DNA of 64,000 bases from a virus. Its lineage: Duplodnaviria > Caudoviricetes. A program made the position numbers and the translations under genes. The notes under the pieces were generated by a model, which ran no database searches, had not been told where the DNA came from, and saw only the letters and a list, made by a program, of their open reading frames with translations. The DNA is taken from IMG/VR virus record IMGVR_UViG_3300018914_000001, positions 32,001 through 96,000 of that record. One strand, 5' to 3'. This document shows, piece by piece, positions 7,130 to 17,785 of the stretch (the first letter of the stretch is position 1; the number at the start of each line of letters is the position of its first letter).

Positions 7130-7472
7130 TCTCCTTTCTTACACCTACTTTCTCCCATACAGATTTTCCAAGCTCATAACCAAGCCTAAAATCCTCAATC
7201 TTCAGAACAAGTTGACAGCTTTGTTCGCTATCGCCGTCAAACCCACAAATAACTCCACGCACAAAATCCTGTCCAAATTCCCCCATCGCAACATGAATAA
7301 TATCAACATTGACTCCCTTTCTACGAATATCAAATTTCTTTTCATAGTAGGCTCCAAGGGCACAAGCACAGCCATTTCTCAGAGTTAAACGTTGGCGTGG
7401 AGTCAGTCCAGTCTCCTCGTATGCTTGAACAATTTCTTCAACAGTTGGAAAAGTCACTTTATGCTTGTTCAT
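7122..7472 (-). CDS. hypothetical protein
   Basis: ORF from MNKHKV with GGAG RBS. Confidence 0.65.
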   Translation of the reverse strand: MNKHKVTFPTVEEIVQAYEETGLTPRQRLTLRNGCACALGAYYEKKFDIRRKGVNVDIIHVAMGEFGQDFVRGVICGFDGDSEQSCQLVLKIEDFRLGYELGKSVWEKVGVRKESD

Positions 7473-7515
7473 TTTTCTCCACCCTTTCGTTGTAGGATTA
7501 GCAAGTTCAGCGAGA

Positions 7516-8694
7516 TCAGTTTTTTCTCGTATCAAAGTACCATTTTGCGGCTGTTTTTCGAATTTCAAGTTCAGTTTCTTTGTTGTCATACATGAGGAAT
7601 GCAAGACCACGAACGTATTTGCCATCTTCATTTTGCGTTTGCTCCATGACAAATTTGGCGTAATCCTTTCTCGACTGGCACTCTTCGCTCAGAGAATAAG
7701 TCCAGATATAGCCAGCCGCACATTCAAACTTTGCAGAAACAGAGCAGAGCAAATCTTGAAGCTCCTCAATTTCTGCGCGAAACTCTTCTGGCACAGCAGT
7801 AATAAGATCATTAAGTTTGCCTTCAACCCACGATTGAACTATTCGCTTTTTGGAGAGTCCATAGGCAATTCTATGGACTTTCATGTATTCGTCACCCTTT
7901 ACTTTCAAGCGAAGCACCGCACCGTCATCAAGCACCCAACGAAGTACGAAACCTTCCTCAGAGTAATGAAGTGTTTTGGCTTTAGCTACAATCTCCTCAA
8001 TTGTGCCTTCAACCTTTTTAGTTACTGGCAGGTTGAAAGATGAACCAAGAGCACTGAGGGTGCTGTAGCCAAAGTCAAAACCTGTAAATCTATTTGTTGC
8101 ACCAATTAATACTAAATCGGTAAAATCATATGGTACAACAACCTTTGTTTCAGGGTGAATAATTTCGCACATAAGAGTGAGAGCGATATATGTCCCACTA
8201 CGAAGGAAAAGGCTGTTAGAACGACTGTATTTATCATCCCAAATCTGTTGTGCAATTTGCGATTGAGGAGAGGTGAAACTGCCGCGAGTAGCCCAACGAA
8301 TCTTTCCATCCAGCCTGTACATGATGCCTAGGGAACCATCTTGTTTAATAGTGATTTCAGGCTTTGGCGCAATTTTTACTCCCGCAATATAACCATTGTT
8401 GGTTATCTTAGTGCGCGGAATCATTGCGTCAAAAGCAGGATTTTCGCCATAGTTGAAAAACTTGGGAAAAGGTCTAGCAAGAACTTCACCAGTTTTTTCG
8501 TTAAGAATCAATCCTCTACATTGAATGTTTATGCCGTTCCATTGGCGTGAATAAACAAGTTCAGGTGTATAGTTTAAAAGAATAACATCAGAGTTTTCAG
8601 GATGCCGAATGAGATTGACGTTACCCTTCTCCACTTCTATCATGTACTGTTCTTTGGTTGGTATAGTGCCATTGAGTTTCATTGATACAATCAC
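7516..8694 (-). CDS. T4 Rnl1-like RNA ligase
   Basis: CRGLI, RPFPKFFN, motif I KQDGSLG, EGFVL, LKVK. Confidence 0.9.
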   Translation of the reverse strand: MIVSMKLNGTIPTKEQYMIEVEKGNVNLIRHPENSDVILLNYTPELVYSRQWNGINIQCRGLILNEKTGEVLARPFPKFFNYGENPAFDAMIPRTKITNNGYIAGVKIAPKPEITIKQDGSLGIMYRLDGKIRWATRGSFTSPQSQIAQQIWDDKYSRSNSLFLRSGTYIALTLMCEIIHPETKVVVPYDFTDLVLIGATNRFTGFDFGYSTLSALGSSFNLPVTKKVEGTIEEIVAKAKTLHYSEEGFVLRWVLDDGAVLRLKVKGDEYMKVHRIAYGLSKKRIVQSWVEGKLNDLITAVPEEFRAEIEELQDLLCSVSAKFECAAGYIWTYSLSEECQSRKDYAKFVMEQTQNEDGKYVRGLAFLMYDNKETELEIRKTAAKWYFDTRKN

Positions 8695-8730
8695 TCTCCC
8701 ATTGTTTATTAGATGTATAGCCTGATAAAA

Positions 8731-8985
8731 CTATTCAAGCTCACCACATCCCATTACTGTTTTCCCATCTGTAGAGTAAACAGGCGACAAGCTATTTGAG
8801 TGAGAACGACTTCTGAAATAGAAACATCCAGTCTCCTTGTGTTTAACTATGTCATACATTCCATATCCTTCGTAAACAACGCCATCTCGTACAAGAAGTA
8901 AATCGCTATTAGAGGTTGCGCTGTTGGCACTACATCCAATAGCTAACATCGAAAGAGTCAGAATAAAAACAAAATTTTTGTTCAT
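8731..8985 (-). CDS. putative lipoprotein
   Basis: Signal peptide with LAIGC lipobox; HKETGCFY motif. Confidence 0.7.
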   Translation of the reverse strand: MNKNFVFILTLSMLAIGCSANSATSNSDLLLVRDGVVYEGYGMYDIVKHKETGCFYFRSRSHSNSLSPVYSTDGKTVMGCGELE

Positions 8986-9060
8986 AAGATAACCCCCTAA
9001 AAGATCGCTTTTCTGTATAGCATGATAATGGGGTAGTTTCCTACCCCACACCATTTTTAT

Positions 9061-9855
9061 TTACTTTACAATGCCTTTAGCACGTGCATTCTTCAACCAT
9101 TGAGGAAACTTGTACAACATCTTTTGGTATAGTTCGTCCTCACTCATTTTCAAGAAGTCATTCATAGAGAAAAAGCCTACATTGTCCAGCTTGCTTGCTT
9201 GCTGAAGGAAGTTGAATCCAAAGCCTATTCCTACGAATTGAAAGAAGATAGGAAGGTCTTTGGTAGCTTCCAACAGGCGCATAGCCTTTTCCCTGTCTTG
9301 ATTTTCTCCATCTGTGACAATCATTACATATGCAGGTTCTTCGACAGTTTCAATGGCGGTAGAGCCATCTTGCTTTTTGTTAAATCCAAAGATTTTTCCA
9401 ATCCCACCAAGGATACTGTTAAGTACGTTTTTAGCGGAGGCGGGTAAGATGCCAGTGCTGGCGTACTTGTCGATTACAGCCTGAATGGATGGTGCATATG
9501 CAGTTCCTCCATCAGTGCCATATCTTCTGTACAGATTGTCAGCGTAACCATAGAAGTCATCTTTACTCAGTTCGCCAATGTCAACGACAGAATGGTTCAG
9601 CAAGAACATGTCGATTGCTCCATTGTCATCAAAGCGAACACCAAGAGCCAGAAGCTTGTCTATAATAGCTTGTACAGTTCCATTGCGGAACATCCCATCC
9701 ATAGAAGGAGAGTAATCAGTGACAAGAGCTACTTTTGCCTTCTGTCCATTCAATCCGCAAACCTCAACAGCTTTTTGTGCAACCTTTTGAAGATTAACAA
9801 ACTGTTGCTGTGCTTCGGCCTTACCAAGATTTACTTTATAAAAAGGTTGAGACAT
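9061..9855 (-). CDS. vWA domain protein (TerF-like vWA)
   Basis: MIDAS DYSPSM; GGTAY; IVTDGE; PIFFQFVGIG; DNVGFF. Confidence 0.85.
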   Translation of the reverse strand: MSQPFYKVNLGKAEAQQQFVNLQKVAQKAVEVCGLNGQKAKVALVTDYSPSMDGMFRNGTVQAIIDKLLALGVRFDDNGAIDMFLLNHSVVDIGELSKDDFYGYADNLYRRYGTDGGTAYAPSIQAVIDKYASTGILPASAKNVLNSILGGIGKIFGFNKKQDGSTAIETVEEPAYVMIVTDGENQDREKAMRLLEATKDLPIFFQFVGIGFGFNFLQQASKLDNVGFFSMNDFLKMSEDELYQKMLYKFPQWLKNARAKGIVK

Positions 9856-9857
9856 TT

Positions 9858-10415
9858 TTATACTCCTCCTTGTTTGTCTACAGCCAAAAGACTGGTGACA
9901 ATTTCATTTACCATCTTGCCATCTGCTTTGCCTTTAACAAGAGGCATCAGTTTGCCCATCAGCTTGCCTTTATCAGAAGTGCTGTAGTAGTCGTGAGCTT
10001 CCATAATGCTCATGACCAAACCCTTTACTTCGTCATAGGACATTTGCTGAGGCATGAATTCCATCAGCAGTTTAATACTGTGTTCTTTCTCCATGCGAAT
10101 GCCAGCGTGAGTATTCGCTTTTTCATACTGTTGCGGATCAAATTCATCAGTGATTGCTACAGACTCAGGCAGAGCGTCGAGCATATCTTGATGAGATTTG
10201 ATTTCCTTTTTTACAACAGCAATAAACTCGTCTTCTGTGAGATCACGCCGCATCGCCTTTTCAGCTTTTTGCACAGCGTCTTTCAAGCCGCGATATGTAG
10301 ACAGACGGTTCTTTTCGGTTCCATCAGTCCAATCGCGCCCAATTTTACGAACATCTTGCATGGCGGTTTTGATAAGCCCCTCGATGCTGGAGTTGTATTT
10401 TTGATACAGACTCAT
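9858..10415 (-). CDS. GatB/YqeY domain protein
   Basis: RLSTYRGLK...VKKEIKS...MPQQMS...GKLMGKLMPLVKGKADGKMVNEIV. Confidence 0.85.
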   Translation of the reverse strand: MSLYQKYNSSIEGLIKTAMQDVRKIGRDWTDGTEKNRLSTYRGLKDAVQKAEKAMRRDLTEDEFIAVVKKEIKSHQDMLDALPESVAITDEFDPQQYEKANTHAGIRMEKEHSIKLLMEFMPQQMSYDEVKGLVMSIMEAHDYYSTSDKGKLMGKLMPLVKGKADGKMVNEIVTSLLAVDKQGGV

Positions 10416-10486
10416 TTCGACATCCTCCTTGTATTCAATTATTCCTCTACTAATAATATAAGGATTAGCAAAGGAATTGTCAACCC

Positions 10487-11056
10487 CTAAATACGAAATT
10501 TTTCTATTGAATTGATGGCTTTATTAAGAACTTTTAGTTCATCGGCTAATATTGACAACTTTGCCCTGCATTCTTCAATATGATTAATTTCCGTTGATGT
10601 ATTTAATGTATCAAGACATTCATTAATTTTTGCCCTTATGATTTCGCGTCTAAGCGCATAATCAAATTCAGGCGGGACAACAACTTCTTTATAAATATTG
10701 TCATCCATAATATGTCCAGATAATATTTTTACCCTGTAAATATGGTCATTTTTAGAGTAGAATTTTTCTGCATCAAGAGCAAGCATTTCTATAAATTTAT
10801 CTAGGATCAGTATAAAATCAGCATCTTTTCTAGATATACGAAGCTTCTCTATTAAAATGCTAACACAACTTCCTTTTCCAGCGTAATTATGAACATGAAT
10901 GATATATTCATCCAAACTACTAAAAGAAATGATTAATGAATCTCCTTTGATAGTAGTCTTACAGAGAATATATTGTTTTGCGAAATGAAACCATTTTTCA
11001 AATTTTTCTTTGCTAGCCTCCCCTATAATATTTACATAACTAACAAGTTTGTTCAT
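10487..11056 (-). CDS. hypothetical protein
   Basis: ORF with GGAGAGG RBS. Confidence 0.7.
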   Translation of the reverse strand: MNKLVSYVNIIGEASKEKFEKWFHFAKQYILCKTTIKGDSLIISFSSLDEYIIHVHNYAGKGSCVSILIEKLRISRKDADFILILDKFIEMLALDAEKFYSKNDHIYRVKILSGHIMDDNIYKEVVVPPEFDYALRREIIRAKINECLDTLNTSTEINHIEECRAKLSILADELKVLNKAINSIEKFRI

Positions 11057-11461
11057 TTCTTATCACCTCTCCTTTTATGCTTTACTATATTTCATTTCAT
11101 TCGTCTTCAAATCAAATTCAGCAAAGAGGTAACTTCCATCCTTCTCAATCTTAGCCCATCTAGATTGAATTTTACCACCACACGAACATTTGATTTTTTC
11201 TTTCTGTCGAATTTCGATTTGACCACATGATTTACACCAATTCACCAATTGAAGCATAGTTCTACACACCCTCTCATTTAGGCAAATAGCAAAAAGAATA
11301 TAAGACACATAATGATAAAAGCTCCAATCCATCTAATACAACGCCACACCAATTTAAAACAAAAAATAATAGCCATTAATATAATTTGCAAAATGTACGC
11401 TGGCAACATTAACAAAGTCCACAACCCAATAATCATTTTATTGAGAAATTTTTGATACATT

Positions 11462-12274
11462 TTATCCCTCTCCTGCAATTAGTTTTTCGCGTACACGTTG
11501 CCAAAATGGATGTGGGCGGTAACGTGCAAACTTTATTTTTTTATCTGCAAGTTGCACTGTTATTTTGTATACATTTCCAACATCAACTTTTTTTCCATCA
11601 ATTCCAATTACATAATCATTTCTATTATTTGGAATGTATATATCAAGTGTTTCTCCCCTGCCTAAAATCATAGGATTGTTTAGTATCTTAAACTTAACAT
11701 TGCTAATCCACGCCACCCCATTTACTTGCATACAATCCAAGGATGGATGATATATAGCACCGCCTAAAGAATGATTATATGCTGTAGAACCACATGGAGC
11801 GGACACTACAATGCCATCTCCATGCGCGACTTCAAATGGTTGTTCATTTACAAATAAAGACGCAACAAGTGTGTTGAAGTCAGTAGCCTTTATAGCTAAA
11901 TCATTAGCACTGTAGAAGGTGTGAATGCCTTCTTCCTTTGTTACAATGTCAACTCTGATTGTCGTGTAATCCGCAATCTCTGGCTCACCTTGTATCATCA
12001 TTTCAGCAAGCCTATGATATTCTTCTTTACCCCAATCAGCAAAAAAGCCCAAGGTTCCAGTGTGAATGCCTACGTAAGTACAATCGAATTGGTATTTATG
12101 AAACGCTCTTAATACTGTTCCATCTCCACCAACACAGATTACACACTGAGGTTTGTCACTCAATTCCCAGCCAGCACCTTGCAATCTGTGCAACATTTGG
12201 TCACGAACATTGACGCTATGATAATCTCCTTCATCCTTGATAATTATGTTAAACGTTTTCTTTTCGTTTTTCAT
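11462..12274 (-). CDS. nadK: NAD kinase
   Basis: GGDGT, GTLGF, GDGIVVSAPCGSTAYNHSLGG motifs. Confidence 0.92.
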   Translation of the reverse strand: MKNEKKTFNIIIKDEGDYHSVNVRDQMLHRLQGAGWELSDKPQCVICVGGDGTVLRAFHKYQFDCTYVGIHTGTLGFFADWGKEEYHRLAEMMIQGEPEIADYTTIRVDIVTKEEGIHTFYSANDLAIKATDFNTLVASLFVNEQPFEVAHGDGIVVSAPCGSTAYNHSLGGAIYHPSLDCMQVNGVAWISNVKFKILNNPMILGRGETLDIYIPNNRNDYVIGIDGKKVDVGNVYKITVQLADKKIKFARYRPHPFWQRVREKLIAGEG

Positions 12275-12354
12275 AAACACACTCCCATTCATCTAATTAT
12301 CTAAAGGTTATCATAATAATCTAAGATATCATAATAACTCATTATATCACCCTT

Positions 12355-12624
12355 TTATTCAAATGGAATACTTCTGTAGTCAATCATTCGATCACGAATT
12401 TTAACCCCATCAGTAGGTAATAAATATTTTAATATTTTTCCATCATACTCTAAAGATTTTGCTTCACAGTTGGAGGAGCCATGCTTATCCACAAGCTCCC
12501 ATGCAACCTCTCGCGGATAATATGTTAGCCCACCATCTTTAGGAATCAAAGTGTATCCAATAACGACAGGAATAACGCTCCCTTCCTGTTTCTTAGCAAC
12601 TGCATTAACAAGTTTGTAGTTCAT
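12355..12624 (-). CDS. hypothetical protein
   Basis: ORF with RBS. Confidence 0.7.
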   Translation of the reverse strand: MNYKLVNAVAKKQEGSVIPVVIGYTLIPKDGGLTYYPREVAWELVDKHGSSNCEAKSLEYDGKILKYLLPTDGVKIRDRMIDYRSIPFE

Positions 12625-12629
12625 GTTGT

Positions 12630-13235
12630 TTACACTCCTAGTTCTTTTTTTAGGTTGCCAAGCATAAGTTTGATCTCCTCTGGTGTAAAACGTTCGTATC
12701 CCACAGGTTCATTTCGATATGCGAATCTGTTGATATAGACATCCTTACTCTTCAGTTCTTGGTCGCTGAATTGGTATAAGAGAAGACATGTAGGCTCATC
12801 ACTGGCAATAATACTGTGAATCGTTTGAGTATCACAATAGTATCCCTGACCAGCAGTGTAAATGTTGCTAGTCTCTATGTCAAGCCCAAGATTTGCTTGA
12901 AAAATCAAACGTTGATCTCTAGGCTTGTACCAATCATAGGTATATTTCCTATAGTCATAACCTTCACCTTCTACAAAAGTGTCATGTTGTACAGAGCCAT
13001 ATAACACTTCTGTAGTGAAATTATAGCCATGATTGTGCGGATTTACAAGGTGTACACCTTTGGCTTCGATCAGCTCAGGAATGAGAAAAAAGAGTTTCAT
13101 GTTCATCTTCTCGCTCCTGAACAGGTCGATGTACCACAACCCTTTTGCGTGATAATCCTTGAAAGAGTTTTGAATACAAGACTTCATGGAAAGTTGGTCG
13201 ATCAAATTTGCTACGATGTGCTTGGCTATGCTCAT
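12630..13235 (-). CDS. hypothetical protein, possible cupin fold
   Basis: PHNHGYNF.TEVLYG...TIHSI His pattern. Confidence 0.6.
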   Translation of the reverse strand: MSIAKHIVANLIDQLSMKSCIQNSFKDYHAKGLWYIDLFRSEKMNMKLFFLIPELIEAKGVHLVNPHNHGYNFTTEVLYGSVQHDTFVEGEGYDYRKYTYDWYKPRDQRLIFQANLGLDIETSNIYTAGQGYYCDTQTIHSIIASDEPTCLLLYQFSDQELKSKDVYINRFAYRNEPVGYERFTPEEIKLMLGNLKKELGV

Positions 13236-13334
13236 TGTAACATTACCTCCTAGTCGAAAACTCTTACGATCAGTTTAAATATCCCATAAACCAACCAGCC
13301 AACAGCTTCGATCAAATCAGAGATGATTGGAATA

Positions 13335-13526
13335 TCAATCTTGCGATTTCGCTTCTTCATCTTCCTCAGCCTCCATACAAGTTTTCTCTTTCCCTTTTAA
13401 TAAATCTTGATACTCCTTACTACATCTTAGCACTTCACATCTTGGGCAGGGGGAAATGATGAAGAGTTTCCCTGCATAGATACATTTTTCTCCAGACACG
13501 TAAATGCAGTCTTTGGGCATTGCCAT
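13335..13526 (-). CDS. small Cys-rich protein
   Basis: GGAGG RBS. Confidence 0.55.
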   Translation of the reverse strand: MAMPKDCIYVSGEKCIYAGKLFIISPCPRCEVLRCSKEYQDLLKGKEKTCMEAEEDEEAKSQD

Positions 13527-13539
13527 TAGTTGTTTCCTC

Positions 13540-13743
13540 CTAGAATATGAGTAATGCGAGAAAGAACAATGGAGTTAGCATAACTGCATACCAGAATCCA
13601 AAGACGAAAAATGCCACAACAAACTTCATGGGCGTTGAAGTTACACGCCTTCCATTGAAAGAGAATTTACCATTACTAAATTGCATGAAGAATGCGGTAA
13701 GAAACGTTATGACGATCCAAAGTAAGAAAAACTTAATGAACAT
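13540..13743 (-). CDS. small membrane protein
   Basis: Two hydrophobic segments. Confidence 0.65.
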   Translation of the reverse strand: MFIKFFLLWIVITFLTAFFMQFSNGKFSFNGRRVTSTPMKFVVAFFVFGFWYAVMLTPLFFLALLIF

Positions 13744-13903
13744 TATATCACCCTCTCAATTTAGAATTAAAGGCACACCAAGTTTTAAAGCTTAATGGTT
13801 TTTCATATTCTTTTTTACATCTTCTGACATACAACCTATACCTCAATTTCAACCACCAACTCATTACGCCCCTCCTCTCTAAAATTCCTGTTTTATCGAG
13901 AGC

Positions 13904-14095
13904 TTAAATCCTATTTCGCAAATGTTTGCCACGTCTTTCTTTAAACCAACGCCTAATCGCTCTTTTAGCAAGCCACTTCGTTGGCTCGAAGCCACAACCG
14001 CAGACTGCCACATGAGTTTTTACACCTCTGTTAACAATATACCAGTAAAAACCAAAGTCTTTATCCGTTTCGATTTTACCAACATATCTTTTCAA
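13904..14095 (-). CDS. hypothetical protein
   Basis: ORF with GAGG RBS. Confidence 0.55.
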   Translation of the reverse strand: MKRYVGKIETDKDFGFYWYIVNRGVKTHVAVCGCGFEPTKWLAKRAIRRWFKERRGKHLRNRI

Positions 14096-14245
14096 TTATT
14101 TCATCCCTCTCGATAAAAATTTTCTTTTAACGGAAATTACAACACTAAGATCACTTTGTAAAGTATAGCTGTCGTATCCTTCCGCATCTGTTACAGATAC
14201 TTTGTTGGAGCGCACTCAGATGGGCTACAAGAGTCTGTTATAGAA

Positions 14246-14632
14246 CTAACCTTTTATTGATTTTAATGCGCCACTAATAGAACTAGAAATTCGTTTTGTG
14301 GCACTGCCAATAAACTCTGGTGTTATATCGCCATGAGACTTTATGCAGTCTCTTAAAGCACCAGCGATCAATTTATCAAGTGCCTCCACTTTAAGTTTAT
14401 CAACCTCCTCTATACTAACAATTCTAGTTTCTGCAATTTTTTTAATCTTTCTTCGCTCTTTTAATACTTTTACCACCTTGTTGTCATCTTGATTGTAAAG
14501 AATTTTCTTGTACGCAATTCCGTCGATTCCTACACACATTAAAATATGTGTAATTCCTCTCCCTTGTGCCTTAATGATGTTTACATTTGCACACTTTGAT
14601 TCTTGTAATAACTCAGTTAGCAATTTTTCCAT
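14246..14632 (-). CDS. hypothetical protein
   Basis: ORF with RBS. Confidence 0.65.
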   Translation of the reverse strand: MEKLLTELLQESKCANVNIIKAQGRGITHILMCVGIDGIAYKKILYNQDDNKVVKVLKERRKIKKIAETRIVSIEEVDKLKVEALDKLIAGALRDCIKSHGDITPEFIGSATKRISSSISGALKSIKG

Positions 14633-14692
14633 GAGATCACCCTTTTCATAAAATCAATATTTCATTGGAATTGTTTAATTTGTCACAGATTT

Positions 14693-15133
14693 CTAATCTG
14701 TGACCTCTTCTAATAAGGCAAGAGCCTTTTTATATTTATCTGCCCTCTTGATATCCTTATCTGTAATATCTTTTAGTCTAGATAAATCTAAGTTATCTTT
14801 TAGGTCAAGAATCTTTACTCTACGTGCTACTTTATTTTTAGATAACCTGATTATAAATTCCTTATAAGACTCGCCCTTCTGTTTAGTAAGGCAAAGCACT
14901 GCTTCAATGATTTCTTCTGAAAATCCTTCTCTGCGTAAATCATGAATATTAATACAAGTATCTTCGACAACATCGTGTAAGACTGCTACACAACGATCAA
15001 TTTCATTTTTTGCTTTAATCATTAGCCTCAAAGGATGAAGGATATATTGCTCTCCAGCTTTATCTAATTGACCTGCATGAGCTTTTGTTGCTAAGATAAT
15101 TGCCTTACTAAGTTGATTCATTTCTATATCCAT
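14693..15133 (-). CDS. HD-domain protein, (p)ppGpp hydrolase-like (small alarmone hydrolase family)
   Basis: AHAGQLDKAGEQYILHP...LHDVVEDT...VKILDLKDN. Confidence 0.85.
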   Translation of the reverse strand: MDIEMNQLSKAIILATKAHAGQLDKAGEQYILHPLRLMIKAKNEIDRCVAVLHDVVEDTCINIHDLRREGFSEEIIEAVLCLTKQKGESYKEFIIRLSKNKVARRVKILDLKDNLDLSRLKDITDKDIKRADKYKKALALLEEVTD

Positions 15134-15333
15134 CTTTTGTTCATCCTTTCGTTTTACTCTAAGAAATGTATCCTTTTTCATGTAGAGAGATGAGGAGTTC
15201 AGCCTGAGATATCTTACCTTGCTGTATCCAGTATTCAATAGAGCCTTCTATCATGCTCTCCAGCTTTTTCTTGTCTGATTCAAGGTTGGTTTTTATAAAG
15301 TCAATCATGTTTGACATGATAATTCTCCTTCCT

Positions 15334-15777
15334 TTAAGTTGTCAAGTCATACCTACAACTACAATTTCCGCATGTTATTGTAGTGCCATCTGGAAACTCG
15401 TGTGCAGAAAAATCGTTTTTGCTTTCATTAATTGTATCAGATATGCTAGCATAGTCTTCATAGACTACACCAGTATCTGAATGTTTACTCGCAGTTCTCT
15501 TCAATTCATACTCAGAAGTCATACCACAATTCTCACATGAGATTTTCAATATGAATTTCATATGAGGGTCTTTATTATCAACTGTTACTGATTTAACATC
15601 TTCAGGTTGGAACCAATCTTTCAATTCGTCACCGCGCCACAAACTTATAAATAAGGTTCCTTCTGCATCTGCTCCATATTCAAATTCCTCTCCATCACTT
15701 TTGGTAATAACTCCATGATTAGTAGTGATGTCTTGTACTTTTCTCCAATTTATTTTCATACACTCATCATGAGTCAT
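15334..15777 (-). CDS. hypothetical protein with Zn-ribbon
   Basis: CENC...CGNC. Confidence 0.65.
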   Translation of the reverse strand: MTHDECMKINWRKVQDITTNHGVITKSDGEEFEYGADAEGTLFISLWRGDELKDWFQPEDVKSVTVDNKDPHMKFILKISCENCGMTSEYELKRTASKHSDTGVVYEDYASISDTINESKNDFSAHEFPDGTTITCGNCSCRYDLTT

Positions 15778-15982
15778 CTCTTTCACCTCTGAGGAAGAGT
15801 TCAAGCGTATTGCTCTTCATTGCCTCTTTCGGAATAGCCTTATGAGCAGGAGTAATGTTCCATCCTACTATCTCTCCATTTTGAAACACTGGTGTAGCAC
15901 CATTGCACAACCCCATCTTTGGGCTAACATTCGTGTAGAAGTCATCAAGCTCACTTTTAGACACGTCTCTAGCTATGAACAT
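15767..15982 (-). CDS. hypothetical protein
   Basis: GGAGGAG RBS. Confidence 0.6.
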   Translation of the reverse strand: MFIARDVSKSELDDFYTNVSPKMGLCNGATPVFQNGEIVGWNITPAHKAIPKEAMKSNTLELFLRGERDDS

Positions 15983-16562
15983 CTTGCACTCCTCCTGTTT
16001 GGATCAGTTTAATAGCTTTTTCTCCAGAGCTAGTTAGACTATACCATCTATGACTTCCTGCCTCCCAATAGCTTACTAACTCTTTGTTACGCAACTGACG
16101 CAGAGAGTATGTGACGATCTCCAATTCTGAAGAGTGAGTTGATACCATGATCTCCATAGGAGTAATGCGTGGATTCGCCGCAAGACAAAAAAGAACACTC
16201 TTCTCATGCAGTGATAGCGACAAGCAGGTTTTAACAAACTGCTCCAACGCCATCCAGTAGATAATCATTTGGCTTATACCATGAGCTAGTCCTAGGTTAA
16301 AACTCTGAAGGTCGCTAGGACGTTCATCATAGATTGTTTGTTCTAAAAGATAGCGAATATTATCTAGAGTAGAAGTATCTTTTGTATGCAACATTTCTGA
16401 TGTATACTGCATTACTGCCAAGAGATGGTCTGTAACCTCTTCTTTGTTAGAAAGCTCCTTCCACTTAATAAGCGACTTCAAAATTAAAGAGTCCATTGTC
16501 CTATCCTTCCTTCTCATGGAAGACGGGCTAGAGATAACCCCTAGCCCGTCTTGGCGCGTCAT
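15969..16562 (-). CDS. protein with C-terminal MarR-like winged helix
   Basis: VTYSLRQLRNKELV...YSLTSSGEKA; alternative start at 16496. Confidence 0.6.
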   Translation of the reverse strand: MTRQDGLGVISSPSSMRRKDRTMDSLILKSLIKWKELSNKEEVTDHLLAVMQYTSEMLHTKDTSTLDNIRYLLEQTIYDERPSDLQSFNLGLAHGISQMIIYWMALEQFVKTCLSLSLHEKSVLFCLAANPRITPMEIMVSTHSSELEIVTYSLRQLRNKELVSYWEAGSHRWYSLTSSGEKAIKLIQTGGVQDVHS

Positions 16563-17407
16563 TCTCCTTTTAATAATACCTTATGCCTCTTATGCCTGTC
16601 AAGAAGATTCTTACACTTCTCACAAACAGATATGCATATATCAGCGGTACGAACTTCGCCTTTTTTCATTTCTTTTTTTGTCATAACGACAGTAGCTGGC
16701 TGTCTGCATATTGTGCAACTATACCCATCCCTTTCAAGTACAACCTCTCGCAAAGGACGCTGTTTCTTGTGAAGTTTAATTGTATCTCTGCTAACAACAA
16801 CAGCACGATTCTCGCTCACTTCTTTAATCGCATCTTTCATGTCGTACTTCATAGGCTTGTCCTTGTCTAGCCAGTCAGCATACACCCAAGCAAATTTCAA
16901 GGATTCGTCAAGAGTGGGAACCTGAACCTCTTCAAGCTTCTCTTCAAACTCTTTAAGCTCTCCCTGTTTTGCTTCGCGTTGAACAATCCGTATATGCTCA
17001 TTTTTAAAATAGCTAGCCCAGACATCAGCTTGTCCATGTGAATACTTCTGTAGACTGATAACGTTGGCATCCACAGCGCCTATAACGCTCTCCATTGTCG
17101 CAATCAATCCTTTGATATCAAGAGAAGCCAAGATTAGCGTTAGGTTATCAAGTTCACGCTTCACCACTCTGCGGCGACGAAGGATTGCTTGCTGTCTTTT
17201 TAAAAGGTTATGGCTTTTACTTACATGGACAAGTTCTGTTACTTCAATTTCATGATAAAGATTGGATAGATCAGACTGTAGTCCTTCAAGTTCATATGCA
17301 AATTCAGAGTATTTATCTCTGATGCCCCTCAATGTCTCCAGTAATGTTTTTATAAATTGCTGAGATTCAAGGGTAACGTCCGCATATGTTTTTATCTTAG
17401 TAGTCAT
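16559..17407 (-). CDS. coiled-coil protein with degenerate HNH-like C-terminus
   Basis: REVVLERDGYSCTIC...CEKC without the HNH His; GGAGG RBS. Confidence 0.65.
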   Translation of the reverse strand: MTTKIKTYADVTLESQQFIKTLLETLRGIRDKYSEFAYELEGLQSDLSNLYHEIEVTELVHVSKSHNLLKRQQAILRRRRVVKRELDNLTLILASLDIKGLIATMESVIGAVDANVISLQKYSHGQADVWASYFKNEHIRIVQREAKQGELKEFEEKLEEVQVPTLDESLKFAWVYADWLDKDKPMKYDMKDAIKEVSENRAVVVSRDTIKLHKKQRPLREVVLERDGYSCTICRQPATVVMTKKEMKKGEVRTADICISVCEKCKNLLDRHKRHKVLLKGE

Positions 17408-17465
17408 GACGCGCCCTCCTCCTTGTTGTATAAATTTCTCTTTTAGTGCGATAATGGAAAGGAGC

Positions 17466-17732
17466 TTATTTAAGATTAAACTCCTTTTTAATCGCGTCAA
17501 GGTCTGCTTGACTTCTGTAGGTGCGAATATGCATATCGCCATACACACAGCCAACATCAATTCCATCATTTCTAAGAATGATGTTATTTTCGTATTTGAT
17601 AACAGAGTCACCAGTAATGTAGTGCCCATCCTTGATGACGATATATCGTACACCATCGTCACCAGAGGAACAGCCAGTCAACATAAGCATTGTGACAACC
17701 AATATCGACAGAGTTTTTTTCATTTTACTCAC
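17466..17732 (-). CDS. putative lipoprotein
   Basis: LTGC lipobox. Confidence 0.7.
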   Translation of the reverse strand: MSKMKKTLSILVVTMLMLTGCSSGDDGVRYIVIKDGHYITGDSVIKYENNIILRNDGIDVGCVYGDMHIRTYRSQADLDAIKKEFNLK

Positions 17733-17785
17733 GACCTTTCAAGAGGTTTAAACTTTAGGAGGGCTTTGTTAGCCCTCCCTACCTA

